From the human T2T-CHM13v2.0 reference genome, Homo sapiens: DNA of 64,000 bases. Made by a program: the position numbers and the translations under genes. Below are positions 1 through 16,488 of the stretch, piece after piece; the first letter of the stretch is position 1, and each line of letters opens with the position of its first letter. The notes under the pieces are model-generated. The model was not told the DNA's origin, did not search any database, and saw only the letters and a list, made by a program, of their open reading frames with translations. The stretch lies in NCBI RefSeq assembly GCF_009914755.1, contig NC_060928.1; one strand, written 5' to 3'.

Positions 1-311
1 TAGTCAAAGTTCTATGTTCAGAAGATACTTGAATTAGTTCTGTATTTTTAAAATTCAGCACAGTTTTGTTCTTCTTTTTTTATTAATTTTTATTTTACCT
101 TATGTTCCAGGATACATGTGCAGAATGTGCAAGTTTGTTACACAGGTATACGTGCGCCATGGTGGTTTGCTGCACCTATCAATCCGTCATCTATTTTTTA
201 AGCGCCGCATGCATTAGCTATTTGTCCTGATACTCTCTCTCTCCTCCCCCCACACTCCCCACGGCCTCAGTGTGTGTAGTTCCCCTCCCTGTGTCCATGT
301 GTTCTCAATGT

Positions 312-3990
<3,679 letters not shown>

Positions 3991-4063
3991 GTAGCTAGCT
4001 GGTTATTTTGCACACTAGTTGATGCAGTTTCTTCGGTGTCATTGGGCTTTATATTTCGGTGTG

Positions 4064-5040
4064 TTATCGCAGTGGCTGGCACCAGTTTTTCCTTTTGATA
4101 TTTAGTACTTCCTTCAGGAGCTCTTTCAGGGCAGGCCTGGTGGTGATGAAATCTCTCAGCATTTGCTTGTCTGAAAAGGATTTTATTTCTCCTTCATGTA
4201 TGAAGCTAAATTTAGCTGGATATGAAATTCTGGGTTGAAAATTCTTTTCAAGAATGTTGAATATTGGCCCCCACTCTCTTCTGGCTTGTAGGGTATCTGC
4301 ACAGAGATCCACTGTTAGTCTGATGGGCTTCCCTTTGTAGGTGACCTGGCCTTTCTCTCTGGTTGCCCTTAACATATTTTCCTTCATTTTCACCTTGGAG
4401 AATCTGATGATTATGTGTCTTGGAGTTGATCTTTTCATGGAGTATCTTAGTGGGGTTCTCTGTATTTCCTGAACTTGAATGTTGGCCTGTCTTGCTAGGT
4501 GGGGGAAGTTCTCCTGGATAATATCCTGATGTGTGTTTTCCAATTAATTTCCATTCTCCCTGTCTCAGATACTCCAATCTATCTTAGGTTTGGTCTTTTT
4601 ACATAGTCCCATATTTCTCAGAGATATTTTTTCTTCCTTTTCATTCTTTTTCCTCTAAACTTGTCTGCCTTCCTTATTTAAGCGAGATGGTCTTTGGTCT
4701 CTGATATTCTTTTTTTTCCACTTGATCGATTCAGCTATTTATACTTGTGTATGTTTCACGAAGTTCTCATGCTATGTTTTTCAGCTCTATCAGGTCATTT
4801 ATGTTCTAAACTGGTTATCCTAGTTAGCAGCTCCTTTGACCTTTTATCAAGGTTCTTATCTTCTTTGTATTGGGTTAGAACATGCTCTTTTACTTCAGTG
4901 GAGTTTGTTATTGCCCATCTTCTGAAGCCTACTTTTGTCAATTCTTCCATCTTATTCTCTGTCCAGTTCTGCGCCTTGGGAAAAGAGATACTCTGGCCTT
5001 TTGGGTTTTCAGTGCTTTTTCATTGATTCTTTCTCGTCTT
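4064..5040 (-). pseudogene. Disrupted L1 ORF1p remnant
   Basis: Translation 'DIIQENFPHLARQANIQVQEIQRTP...TPRHIIIRFSKV...NFQPRISYPAK' matches the L1 ORF1p RRM/CTD; the upstream part is frameshifted. Confidence 0.9.
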
Positions 5041-6314
5041 CATGTTTGTGTAGTTTCGATCTTTGAGGCTGCTGATCATTGGATGAGGATTTTGTGGGGA
5101 CTTTTTTTTGTTGATGTTGTTGTTGCTTTCTGTTTGTTTTTCTTTCAGTAGTCAGGTCCCTCTTCTGTAGGACTGCTGCAGTTTGCTGGGGGTTCACTTC
5201 AGGTCCTACTCATCTGGTTCACTACTGCACCTGGAGATGACACTCGAGGAGGCTGGAGAACAGCAAAGATGGGTGCCTGCTCCTTCCTCTGGGATCCCTG
5301 ACCTCGAGGGACACTGACCTGATGCCAGTAGGAATGCTCACATATAGGGTGTCTGACAAGCCCTGCTGGAGAGTCTCACCCAGTTGGGTGGCAAGAGATG
5401 CAGGAGGACCTGTTTAACCAAGCACTTTGGCTGTCCCTTGGTGGAGGGTGTATGCCGTGCTCGGGGGAAACCCACTTGTCTGGGCTGCCCGGATTCCGCA
5501 GAACTAGCAGGAGGAAAGACTAAGTCTGATGGTCTGTGGAGACAACGGCAACCCCTCCCACTAAAGGCTCAGGCCCAGGGAGATCAGAGTTCTGTCCCTG
5601 AGCCCCTGGCTGGAGTTGGAGTTCCTGCAGGGAGGCCCCGCCCAGTGAGGAGGGATAGGTCAGAGTCAGGCCTGAAGAGGCACTCTGGCCACAGCCTGCC
5701 ACAGCCGTGGTGCTGGGCTGTGGGAATACCTCTTAGGACCAAGCCATCCAGCCTCCCTGGCTCGGTGGAAGTGCCGCCTGGAGCTATGGAGATGGTTGCT
5801 GCCCTTCCCCCGCCCTGGGAGCTTAGTGATTTAGGCAGCTAGCAGTCCCAGTGTTTGCTGCCACCCCTCCCACAAGGAGCTCAGCCAGCTTAGATAGCAG
5901 GCAGCTGCAGCTGTGGTGGTGGCCACTCCTCACCCTAGGAACTCCGCAGGCTTAGGCATATTCTAGCTGAGTGTTTTTGAGAATCTGCGCAGCTGGGTGT
6001 TTGGGACCCTAGGCCCCAATGGCATGGGCTCACGAGTGGCATCTTCCGATCTGTGGATTGCACAGTTCCGTGGATAAAGCATGGTTTCCCAGGCTGGGTA
6101 GCACGCTTATTCACCGCCTGTCTTGGCTAGGGGTGGGGGGTCCCCTGCCTCCCGTGGCCTTCAAGTGGGCCACCACACCACACTGCTCTTCCTTCCTCTC
6201 TGTGGTTCACGCCAGCCGCCTAGTCAGTTCTGATGACGGAGTCTGGATACTTTGGTTGCCCGTGCAGGATTTGGTTCTTTTCAATGGGAGCCTCCGATTG
6301 CAGCTCTTCTAGTT

Positions 6315-6324
6315 GGCCATCTTG
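6315..6324 (-). promoter_or_regulatory. YY1-binding motif at the 5' end of the L1 5'UTR promoter
   Basis: Minus strand reads CAAGATGGCC about 12 nt from the L1 5' end, the established position of the L1 YY1 site. Confidence 0.7.
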
Positions 6325-6344
6325 GTCCCGCCTCTTCGGTATTA

Positions 6345-6945
6345 TTTCTTTCTGCATTGTAGAAGTTGGACAGCTAGAACTACATATCCCAAGATCTTTT
6401 GCATCTAGTTTTCCAGACATTATTTCATTTTGAGAATCAGATGCATTGCAGAGGTATTTGAATTCCAAATGAAGAAAGTAGAAATATAAGAAGGGGAAAT
6501 GCATCTAGTTTTTTGGTGCACATTGTGGTAGAAGAATTCATAGATCTGCATTCACTGCTTCCATCATTTGGCAGCTTTCTTCAGTCAGGGGAGTATTTAC
6601 CCAGTCATGGTAGAGGCAATGCAGTGCTCTGTTCACTGATTTTCTGATTTGGAAACAAGTTTTCTTGGGCAGGAAAAGGATGCTTCAGAGGACATGATAC
6701 TTTAGAGAAGCTCCTTCAGCTTTTGTAGCCCATTTGCGAACAACATAACACATTGGGATACTGTATTTCATCAATTCTAAATATATTTTCCCACTACTAC
6801 CTGGCAGTATACCTATATTTCTTAGCAGTATATGAAATAATACTGTGATTATGATCAATGCTGTCAGACATGCAAAGTATTAGTATTAATTTCTTTCTGG
6901 GGAAACCATCTAGCATGGCTTCTGCAACTCATTCCTGTCTTATAC
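6345..6945 (+). mobile_element. LTR33-like ERVL LTR
   Basis: 'ctgcattgtagaagttggacagctagaactacatatcccaagatcttttgcatctag' and the 3' end 'ctagcatggcttctgcaactcattcctgtcttatac' resemble the LTR33 consensus as remembered. Confidence 0.55.
6761..6840. mobile_element. Short MER104-like (TcMar-Tc2) DNA-transposon remnant
   Basis: 'ta-ctgtatttcatcaattctaa' resembles the MER104 terminal repeat; a degenerate partner 'atgaaataa' lies near 6831-6840. Confidence 0.4.
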
Positions 6946-8902
6946 CAGCAGCCATTGCTTCAGTCCTGGGTCAATAGCTTGTGAGATGATGAAGATGTGT
7001 ATCTGACCTTTCAAATTTCACTCTAAAACATAGACAGACATACAATTTGCTGTTTTAACTTATAACCCGTGTGTTGTTATCAGCAATGACAAAAAAAGGT
7101 CATTTGTTCAGAAAATCAGTGCAGCTACAAATGTATTAATGTATAGGATGTATGGGATGCTCCAAAGAAGTCAGACTTATCAAAATTTTCTTATAGGCAT
7201 TAAACCTTACCAACCTACAATCTGTGAAAAACAAAGAATTCTTATTGACTTTTCCAAACTGATATTATTAAAAGCTACAATTTATTACGTGCTGGATATT
7301 TTGTTAAGTTCTCCGAATCTTGTTTCCTTTTCCCTACTCCATAATGTTGTGTATAAAATATCAAGACAATTTTAAGAAAGCAAGCATAGTGTTGGAAAAA
7401 CAATGCATCTTTTTCCTAAAGTTTTAATGTCAATTCGTATATTTAACCTAAAAACCAAAGAATTCAGATTCAGAATATAAAATATTACGACATGAGATCC
7501 ACTATAAAACACTCAACCTTGTTCTAACAATAAAGATGCAGTTGTACTTTTACTTCTGTGATCTTAAAAGTAAAACATTAAGGACAACCTACACCAGTTA
7601 GTTGATGTTTAATCCTTTACATTCCTGGTCTTAAAGAATTTCATTTTGATAGAACTGTCTCTAAAATGTAAACCTCCTTCTTATTCTAAACTGTATCTTA
7701 CACTTATGTTAATGATAAATGTGTATGCTATGGTTATCAAGCATTGTGAACAGGAAGAGATCTAGATAGGATAGGATGCTACTGATGGGGCATCTATAAC
7801 CATGTTGGCTCTGAAGCTTTTCTTGTAAAAGAATTCCAGCGCTAGCACACTTGTTTTTTGTTTGTCTTTTTTCTAATAAAGGTTGAGTTAAAGATTCAGA
7901 GTTTCATGATTTCCCAGGCAGAGTTTAAATACTGCATTTCTTTAAAAAAATAATAATTTGTCCATAAAAAGCTGAAGAAGAAAATGACTATTGAATAGAA
8001 AATTACCTTATTAATACCTCTTCTAATCAGTGTCCTTCAACTCATCTGCATAGGTTTTAGTATTGACTGCTATTTTTGTATTACTAACACTGTGAATCAG
8101 AATGTACCTGTTTGTTTCGTTGCTCTATTTATTTTGGCTAAATATTTATTATCATTTCAAGTATTTGCCACAGTGAATTTCTGAAATTCTTAGTGAAAGT
8201 GTACATGTTCTTTATCTTTATTAGTCCGCTTTTCCTTACCTGATACCAGGCTACAATTTTTGCTGAGATTTACTTTGGAGAGCAACAGAGACACAAATAC
8301 ATTTATAATCGTATTTTTATTTTAAGAATAAGGTTGAAAATTCTGGAATGGATCTTTTATGTGATAATATTTCATTTTCAGAGACTCAATACCATGGTTC
8401 ATGGGTTGAATATACACAGTAATACTGAAAGCTCAAGCAGATAAGCATTTTTTTCAAGCTTATGCAGTTTTCTTAAACATTTCTCAATATTCTACATACA
8501 ACAGAAAAATATTGAATTCCTACCTATGTCAGGCATTGTGCTAGATATGCAGAAAAGAAAAGTTCAGCAAAAATACCAAATGATATTGTCTCAGGACAGC
8601 ATCTCTTTTATTGAAAATATGCAGGAAGGATAAAACCAATTAGAATGTGTTTTTATTTATCCCTAAGTATTTATTTTATTTTATGTCAGCAACAAATAAA
8701 AGTGCTTAATATGGATAGCTGTTGATGCCCAACATTTTATTTTGTTTAAGTGAAAAGTCAGCCTGGCTTTTCTCTGTTGACACCAAGTGAGGTTTGATTT
8801 ACTGGTAATGTCAACAAGATATAGTGGTTTGACAAGCATTTTAAACGTGTTTGGATTTAAGTCATGTTCCAAAAGGGCATACTCTAAAGAGCTACTATCT
8901 AT

Positions 8903-9199
8903 AGATTCAGGACCTCTGGCAGATACCAAAATCTGTGGATGCTCAAGTCCCTGATATAAAATGGTGTAATATTTGCATATTACCTACACACATCCTCCCA
9001 TATACTTTAAATCATCTCTAAATTACTGATAATACCTAATTAATATACAACGCAAATGCTATATAAATAGTTGTTATACTGTATTGTTTTTACTGGGATT
9101 ATTTTTATTGTTGTATTGTTCTTTTTTTAATAGAAAATTTTTGATCTGTGTTTGATTAAGTCTGTGGGTACAGAATCCAGGAATACCGAGAGCCGACTG
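8903..9199 (+). mobile_element. MER2 (TcMar-Tigger), 5' end degraded
   Basis: 'ataccaaaatctgtggatgctcaagtccctgatataaaatggtg...catcctcccatatactttaaatcatctct'; ends 'gagccgactg' followed by TA. Confidence 0.85.
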
Positions 9200-10781
9200 T
9201 ATATATCATAGTTTTAAGACTTACTATTTTTGGCCTTACTCTGTCTCAGTTTGCAACACCATCTTCTTCTGTAAAGACAAGTGCCTCAGTCATTCATATT
9301 CATTTATTATTGTAAGTCTTACTGGATAATATATAGGAAAATAATCGTGTCTCTTTACCAATATTCATTCAACAAACAAAACCTATGTTATCTAACTTAT
9401 GCAGTTCCATAGCATAGTACGGTACTATACTTGTAAGTTAACTTGCAAGCAGTAAAAACGTAGTTATTATATCTGAGTTTGTACAACATAGGAAAATGCA
9501 CATCATGTATTATCATCAACAATCACTTATGCTAAAATAATTCGGAAATATTACCTTCTTTATTTAAAAGTCACCTTATCAATTACATTAGCAATACATG
9601 TAAATAAATAAAATAGTTAGAAATTAACTTAGCCCAGATGATGAAAGACCTGTTCACTGAAAATTAGAAAACGTTAATTTAAGGCAATTTTAAAAGACAC
9701 AGTAAAATTATCCCATGTCTATGGATCAAAAGAATTAATATTGTCAAAATATTCATACTACCTGAAACAATCTACAGATTCAATGCAATCTCCATCAAAA
9801 TCTCCATAGCATATTTTATAGAAATAGAAAAAAATGTTCTAAAATTTATATGAAGCCACAAGTAGCCAAATAAATCATGAACAAGAACAAGGCTCAAGGC
9901 AGCACACTTTCTGACTTCAAATTATATTACTAAGCTATAGTATTTGAAAGACTATGGTTCTTTAATAAAAATAGACATATAGACTAATGGAACAGAATAA
10001 AGAGCCACACATTTATGATAAATTGAACTTTAACAAAGGTGTCAAGAAGACATAATAAGGCAATAATAGTCTCTTCAACAAATGATGTAGGGAAAACTGA
10101 ATATGAGCATACAAAAATAAAACTAAACTCCTATCTCACACCAGACACAAAATCAACCCAAAATGCATTAAAAAATAAATTTAATGCTTGAAACTATAAA
10201 ACTCCTAGACAAAAACATAGAGGAAAACCTTCTTAACATTGGTCTTGGCAATAATTTTTTGGATATGACACCAAAAACACAGGTAACAAAAGCAACAATG
10301 AACAAGTGGGGTACATCAAACTAAGAAGCTTCTGCACAGCAAAGAAAACAAGAAAACAACAAAGCAATCTACAGAATCAAAAGTATTTGTAAACCATATG
10401 TCCAATAAGTGGTTAATATTCAAATATGTCCAACTCAATACCAAAAATGCAAATAACCTGATTGTAAAATGGAGAAAGAATTAAATAGATACTTCTCAAA
10501 AGAAAAAATTCACATGGCCAGCAGCCATATGAAAAGGTGTTCAGCGTCTCCAGCCATCAGGGAAATGCAAATCAAAACCACAAGGAGATATCACTTCACA
10601 CCTGTTAGCATGGCTATTACAAAAAAGACAAATGATAGCAAGTATTAGTAAGGATATGGGGAAAATGGATCCCTTGTACTCTTTTGGTGGGCATGTGAAT
10701 TATTACATCCACTATGGAAAACAGTATGGAAGTTATTCAAAAATTTGAAAATATAACTATGATATGACTCAGAAATCCTAC

Positions 10782-11389
10782 TGTGATTTAGCTTCACTGC
10801 TTATTGGTTGCCAACTTGCCTGAGTCCAGTGAGACAGACCACTGTTCCACACAACAAGTCACATGAAGCAGATTTATTATGCATAGGAAGTGAGGTTCAG
10901 CAGAAGCCTAGAATTCATGATAAGTGGCACCCCCAAGGCTCAGGAAAGTGGCCTAAGTAGATGGAATCTTGTCTGTGCATTCTCACTTGCACTGTGTCTA
11001 AGAAACCCCGAAAAGCAGCCTGCTCTGTATTTTATACCCCTGGGGTAACATGACAAACTCGGTTAATGTTTTGAAGGACATCCTGTTTCTAAGAGCTTAC
11101 TTAGCAGAGCCCATGATCTTCTGGTCAGCCCCTCCTTATCTCAGGATGCTGCATTCCAAACATATTCTGGAGTTCTTTTTTGATTTTTTTGAGACAGGGG
11201 TCTCACTCTGTTGTTCAGGTTGGTCTCAAGCTCCTGGGCTAAAACAATCCTCCTGTCTCGGCCTCCCAAAATGACGGGATTACAGGCACGAGCCACTGTG
11301 CCTGGCCAATAATTATTCTTGAGAACTACAAAGGATAAAGTGAGAGAATTGGGTCAGTCCAAGGTTACCCAGAAATCTGTCCTGTATCA
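10782..11389 (-). mobile_element. ERVL solo LTR, LTR47-like
   Basis: Minus strand begins TGATACAGGACAG...GTAGTTCTCAAGAATAA, has a TATA-like TATAAAA near 11035 and AATAAA near 10875, and ends CA. It splits the L1M. Confidence 0.65.
11172..11307 (-). mobile_element. FLAM_C-like Alu monomer inside the LTR
   Basis: Single monomer with T tail: 'gagacaggggtctcactctgttgttcaggttggtctcaagctcctgggct...cctggcc'. Confidence 0.85.
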
Positions 11390-11557
11390 ATTTCTGGGTG
11401 TATATCCAGAGGAATTGAAAACAAGATTGTGAAAAGATACCTGCACTCACTCCCATGCTTATTTTAGCATTATTCACAGTAGCCAGGGCACGGAAGCAAC
11501 CTAAATGTGCTTTGAACAGTGAATAGATTAAAAAAAATAGATGGGTTGATAGATTGA

Positions 11558-11671
11558 TGTGTCTTAGTCCATTTGTGTTGCTATCAAAAAATACCTAAGG
11601 CTGGTGATTTATAAAACAAACCAAAAGGGGCTTCTTTGGCTCCTGGTTCTATAAGCTGTATAAGAAGCATG
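11558..11671 (-). mobile_element. MST-family MaLR LTR fragment
   Basis: 'tgtcttagtccatttgtgttgctat...tacctaaggctgg...gctgtataagaagcatg'. Confidence 0.7.
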
Positions 11672-11708
11672 TTCTTGTGCCCCTGCACAAATTACTTAAA
11701 CATATATA

Positions 11709-11826
11709 TTTTTTGGAGACAGGGTCTTACTGTGTTGCTCAGGTTGGTCTCAAATGCCTGAGATCAGGTGATTCTCCCACCTCAGTTTCCCAAGTAGCTA
11801 GGGTTACATGCCTGCCATTTTTGCCT
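11709..11826 (-). mobile_element. FLAM-like Alu monomer
   Basis: 'ttttttggagacagggtcttactgtgttgctcaggttggtctcaaa...cccaagtagctaggg'. Confidence 0.75.
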
Positions 11827-11931
11827 CACTCATAAACATTTTATGCTTTCTTCCATCTTTGAAAATTGCTTGACAAAAGTATTGAAAAATATTGTTGCTA
11901 AAATGTGTAAATGCCCAATTATTTGGAAAAC

Positions 11932-12030
11932 ACATTCATTCATTCATTCATTCATTCAACAAGTATTTTGTTAATAAATTACTGTGTAGCAGACATAGCA
12001 TTAGGTCCCAGGAACCAAGAGAACAAGGAA
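11932..12030 (-). mobile_element. L2 3' end with (CATT)n tail
   Basis: 'cattcattcattcattcattcaacaagtatt...actgtgtagcagacatagcattagg'. Confidence 0.65.
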
Positions 12031-13219
12031 GTAGAGGGAGCAGTCTTTGGAGTTAGTTGTCTCTGAAGTTCACATTCTTTGAGTCATTCACATAGTTTTA
12101 AAGAGATTTGGGACATTACAATGTATATACAAATAATTTCTTTACTTTTTCTGTAAATGGCTGATAGTTGGATTTAGTTTACAAACATCACAGGAAGTTC
12201 TTCTGTAAGGGAAAATGTATAAATTAAAATTTAAACATATGTTTGTGCCAACTTTACTCACTAGTGTGATGACCTCATAATTGGTGAAGACTTTATGTTC
12301 TGCTTGAAAGCTTGGAGTCATATCAAAAGAAGTAGCTGTAATAGTCTAGACAGGATTTTTTTTTTATTAACTCAGTTTCTATCATTTTAAATGTTGGCTG
12401 AACAAGTAGTAAAGGTTAGACATTTTAGGCCTCCACAATGTAATTAAAGACACTCTTGGGGCTGTTTTCCAAGGTGCTTTAAAATTTATTCAAAGAACTT
12501 TAAACTGTTGTTGAATGTTCTACACAGTTTAGGGCTGAGGAAATAACCTTTAACCTTTCTCAGTTCTGGACTTATACCTGGACAGTTAAGTGCCTTACCA
12601 ACTGAGAGTTGAATTTCATTCAAGAAAATAAAATCCAGTGACTGGAACTTTCCCAACTGTGAGCAATGAAAGCAGAAAGAGATGAATAAAAGGGAAAAAA
12701 AAGGATAATGGTTCTCATTGGAAAGAATTCCCTAATGGGAAATGTGGTATTTGTGTTTCTGTCAGTTATATGCTTCCATTTTATATATTATAAAATAGAT
12801 TTGTTTTTAAAAAAAATCAGTCATTCTCTTTGCCTTAATTTAAAAAATTGTTTCTTTCAAAAAATTCTTAGTTCTCTTTTAGCTGTACAAAAGAGAAACA
12901 AAATAGATAACATCCAGTTTTTGATTCATTCTCCTGAAATACCTTACAAGCTAGAAATTTGGGGAGTGAACAAACTATTACAGAATTTAAAGAGTTTAAG
13001 ATTCACTGGAAATATATATGACAACTCTTCAAGGAGAAAGCTGGTGAAAATCGTTGCTACTCTGAATCTTATAGAAGACACGTTTTCTGTGGCATTTCTC
13101 CACTTAAATGGTCAGGAATTTAAGGATGTCTAGGATATGAACTTATGAACATCTGTGCAGAGATGGCTGATACTTTGACTTCAGAGCAAAGATAAGTTCG
13201 CCAAAGCCGGGCATGTAAA

Positions 13220-13365
13220 CTGTGATTAAGACATTGGGCTTTGAATTCAGAGTGATCTGGATTTATATCCTGATGCAACACTAAATATCTCTGCAAATAT
13301 AAGGAGGTAAGTAAAATTCTTATTTTTCAGTTATAAACCTTTCATTCCTTAGTTTTTTTATCTGG
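13220..13365 (+). mobile_element. MIR fragment
   Basis: 'gattaagacattgggctttgaattcagagtgatctggattt...cttagttttttatctg'. Confidence 0.5.
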
Positions 13366-13609
13366 TCAAAGTTAATGTCCTAATGCATTTATTGTCATTA
13401 GTATTGTACACACACCAAAATGTTTTTACTTTACTTCTCATGGGAGGTTTTCAAGAATGTTCTTAGCATTATTATCGTTTTTATTTTAAATTGTCATTTT
13501 TACCTTAATGTATACATTCAGCTATGTCCTTTGGCAAATTATAAATGTGATATTTGTTACATTGTTATAGTAACACTTGTTATTTCACAAAAAATAGCAT
13601 AATTTTTTA

Positions 13610-14480
13610 AAAACTTTCTTGAAAAATAATTTATGTAAGATAAAATTCTTCCACTTTAAGTGTACATTTTGTTGAGTTTTGACAAATGTATATGCCAGTG
13701 GAATCACCACTACAATTAAAGTGTAGAACATTTCCCAGTATCCCAAGAAATTCCCTTCCCAAAAAATCAGCCATCCGTCCTAAAGAAATCTGTTTTGACA
13801 CCATGAAGAGATTAATTCCACCTTTTCTACAAGACTCATATGTTATGTCTTCTATTGTAACTAGCTGCTTGCTGTCAGCATAATGTATTTAAAAGCACAG
13901 AGTAGTTCATTCTTTTTCACTAGTGAATAGTGTTTCATTGTAGTGTATTCACTAGTGAATAGTGTGTATAATTACACCATGTGTTTTTAACAAAATCTAT
14001 TTACCTCTTGATGGAAATTTTACTTACTTCAAGTTTGGGCTATTGAGTAAAGGCGTTATCAACACTTGTATATACATCTTTACATGAGCATGTTTTCATT
14101 TATTTTGAATACTGAGAACTGGTATTTCTGGGTTGTAAGTGTATGTTAAATTTTATTTAAAAACTGCCACAGTATTTTTTCCAAAATGGTTATGCTATTT
14201 TAAATTTATAGGAGCAATTTATGAGAATTCCAGTTGTTTTACATCCTTGTCTAATGGGTCATTGTTAGTCTTTTTACTAATGGTTCTTCTAATAGGTTTC
14301 TAAAAGCATTGCGTTGTAGCTTTAATTAATATTTTCCTGAAAACTAATGATATTTAACATCTTTTCATGTGCTTACTAGTCATTTGTATATCATGTTTTA
14401 TGAGGTGACTATTAAAATATTGTGTCCATTTTTATTGGATTATTTGTGGAATTATTACTGAATTGTAAGAGCATATTATG
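13610..14480 (-). mobile_element. L1ME/L1MD-like 3' fragment
   Basis: 'tttaagtgtacattttgttgagttttgacaaatgtata...aaactgccac...aacatcttttcatgtgcttact' is typical old L1M 3' sequence in antisense. Confidence 0.75.
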
Positions 14481-16045
14481 TTTGAAAAACTTGCTTTGCA
14501 TTTAAAATATTTTTTCTGCAAATGTAGAACTCAAAACTGCTAGATATCTAATGATAGATTTAATATAACAAAAACAAGTTTGAATATTATTCTGAACACA
14601 TCTTTAATTCAGAATATATCTACATAGAGATCAGATCAGGAATGACCTGGCAGTTACTCTAATCACTATGTCTGTTACACATTTCTAACCCTGAATCAAC
14701 TCCATAGAGTCTGTTGCATTCTGAATCAGCTGTTAAGGCAAACGAAACATTATTGAATGTTCAAATGGTGGCTCTTAAAGTCTTTTTTCAATCGTTAGCT
14801 GTTTGGATTTGAAAGCACAGTAATTTTTGCCATGCAGATGCTGAGGTAATTCACATAATATGCAAGATGAGTGAGTATTCAAGCACTGAAGAGCGATTTA
14901 TTTGTGATAAGATATAAATATCTCGCATACATTTTCCATTTGTTTTCCACATTTTTATAATATGAAATGTATAATACTTTATAACAATTATTTGTAAATA
15001 TAGTCAGAGATTTAATACATTTTTCTCTTTTTATGAAGTTGATTTTTATTACTTTAATCTCAATGGATGTTAGATCTTATTTATTTTTGACATACTTATT
15101 GCTTAGAGTTCCCTAATGTGTGATACACACAAAAGTTAATACTAGTTTTTAATTATATTTCTACCATGGAGCTATTTCAACTCATTTCTTTAGAGTTCCA
15201 CCTGGTTAGAATTCTGTAAATCTGTTTCTCTAGAGACTGATATTTGAAACTATTATTTTTCCATTTAAATGGCAATCAATTTATGTACTACCAAAGCAAA
15301 TTAAGAGCCAAAATGTATCTTATTATACCTAAGCATCAAAATTTGTCTTGTTTGGTTTGAGCTCTATCAATGTTAAAGCTACTTGGCAGTTGAGGAATTA
15401 CAATATATATTTTAATTCTTTTTTTCAATTCTTTAACAAAAATATATGGAGCACCATTACACATGGGATACTATTCTAAGTGGTGATGCACACAAACACA
15501 CTATAATCAACTCACATCAGCCCTTTTCTAAAATAGCTCACCATCTGCTGAGAGAGAAAAAATGCCAATAGGTTATTACAGCTTTTAAACAGTCAACTTA
15601 TAATACAGTATATACTTTTGGAGGTTAGTACGTTTATATGGATTTATTTAAATCACCATTGTTCAGCTTACCTAGTTAGCTTTTCCTAGGTACTGTGCAC
15701 AATTGCATTAATCAGGCAAGATCCATCCAGATAATAAATATATCTGTAATTATGGAAGACAGTGGGGGAGAATGCTATATTTTAATTTGGAACTTTATAT
15801 ATACTAAACAAAATTAGAAGTGACTAAAACAGTAATATCAATGAAATGTTTTTTTTCTACACAGTTCACTATAAATACATTTAGTAACAACAAAGACTAT
15901 CTTAGGATTTTTATGTAAGTCATAAAATATTTATATTTAAGTAACTTGTATAAGCACTTACTATCATGAAGAGAATATTTGATTATCTGGCCAAGTTTTA
16001 CTTTCCTTTTTTCCAGGTTCTGAAAATCCTCTTCTTTATCATATA

Positions 16046-16488
16046 CAGTTTACTCTTGAATAACGAGGGTGTTAGGGGCACTGACTCCCCTGTGCAGTTG
16101 AAAGTCCCTGCATAAATTCAGACTCCCAAAAAAATTTAACAACTAAGAGCCAACTGTTAACTACGAAGCTTACCAATAACATCAATTAACACGTATTTTG
16201 TATTATATGTTATGCGTGTTATATATTGTATTCTTACAATACAGTAAGCTAGAGCAAAGAAAATGTTATTAAGAGAACCATAAGGAAGAGAAAATATATT
16301 TAGTGTTCATTAAGTGGAAGTGGGTCACTATAAAAGGATCTTTATCCTCATTGCCTTCACGTCAAGCAGGCTGGAGAGGAGGAGAAAGAGGAGGTGTTGT
16401 TCTTGCTGTCTCAGGGGTGGCAGAGGCAGAAGGAAATCCACACATAAGTAAACCTGTGCAGTTCAAATCCATGCATAAGTATCAAGTG
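16046..16488 (-). mobile_element. Tigger2a (MER28), near complete
   Basis: Flanked by TA on both sides; degenerate terminal repeats 'cagtttactcttgaataac' and 'tcaagtg'; internal 'cttgctgtctcaggggtggcagaggcagaag'. Confidence 0.88.

Larger units (their letters stand above)
9570..11530 (+). mobile_element. Old L1M (L1MA/L1MB-like) ORF2 3' fragment, interrupted by an LTR
   Basis: Degenerate L1 ORF2 sequence ('caatctacagattcaatgcaatc', 'gaaatgcaaatcaaaaccaca'); resumes at 11390 'atttctgggtgtatatcc'. Confidence 0.85.

Noticed and set aside
12708-13133. 141-aa ORF in unique sequence
   Set aside because: F/L/I/K/N-biased composition typical of chance AT-rich frames; no recognisable domain or convincing exon boundaries.
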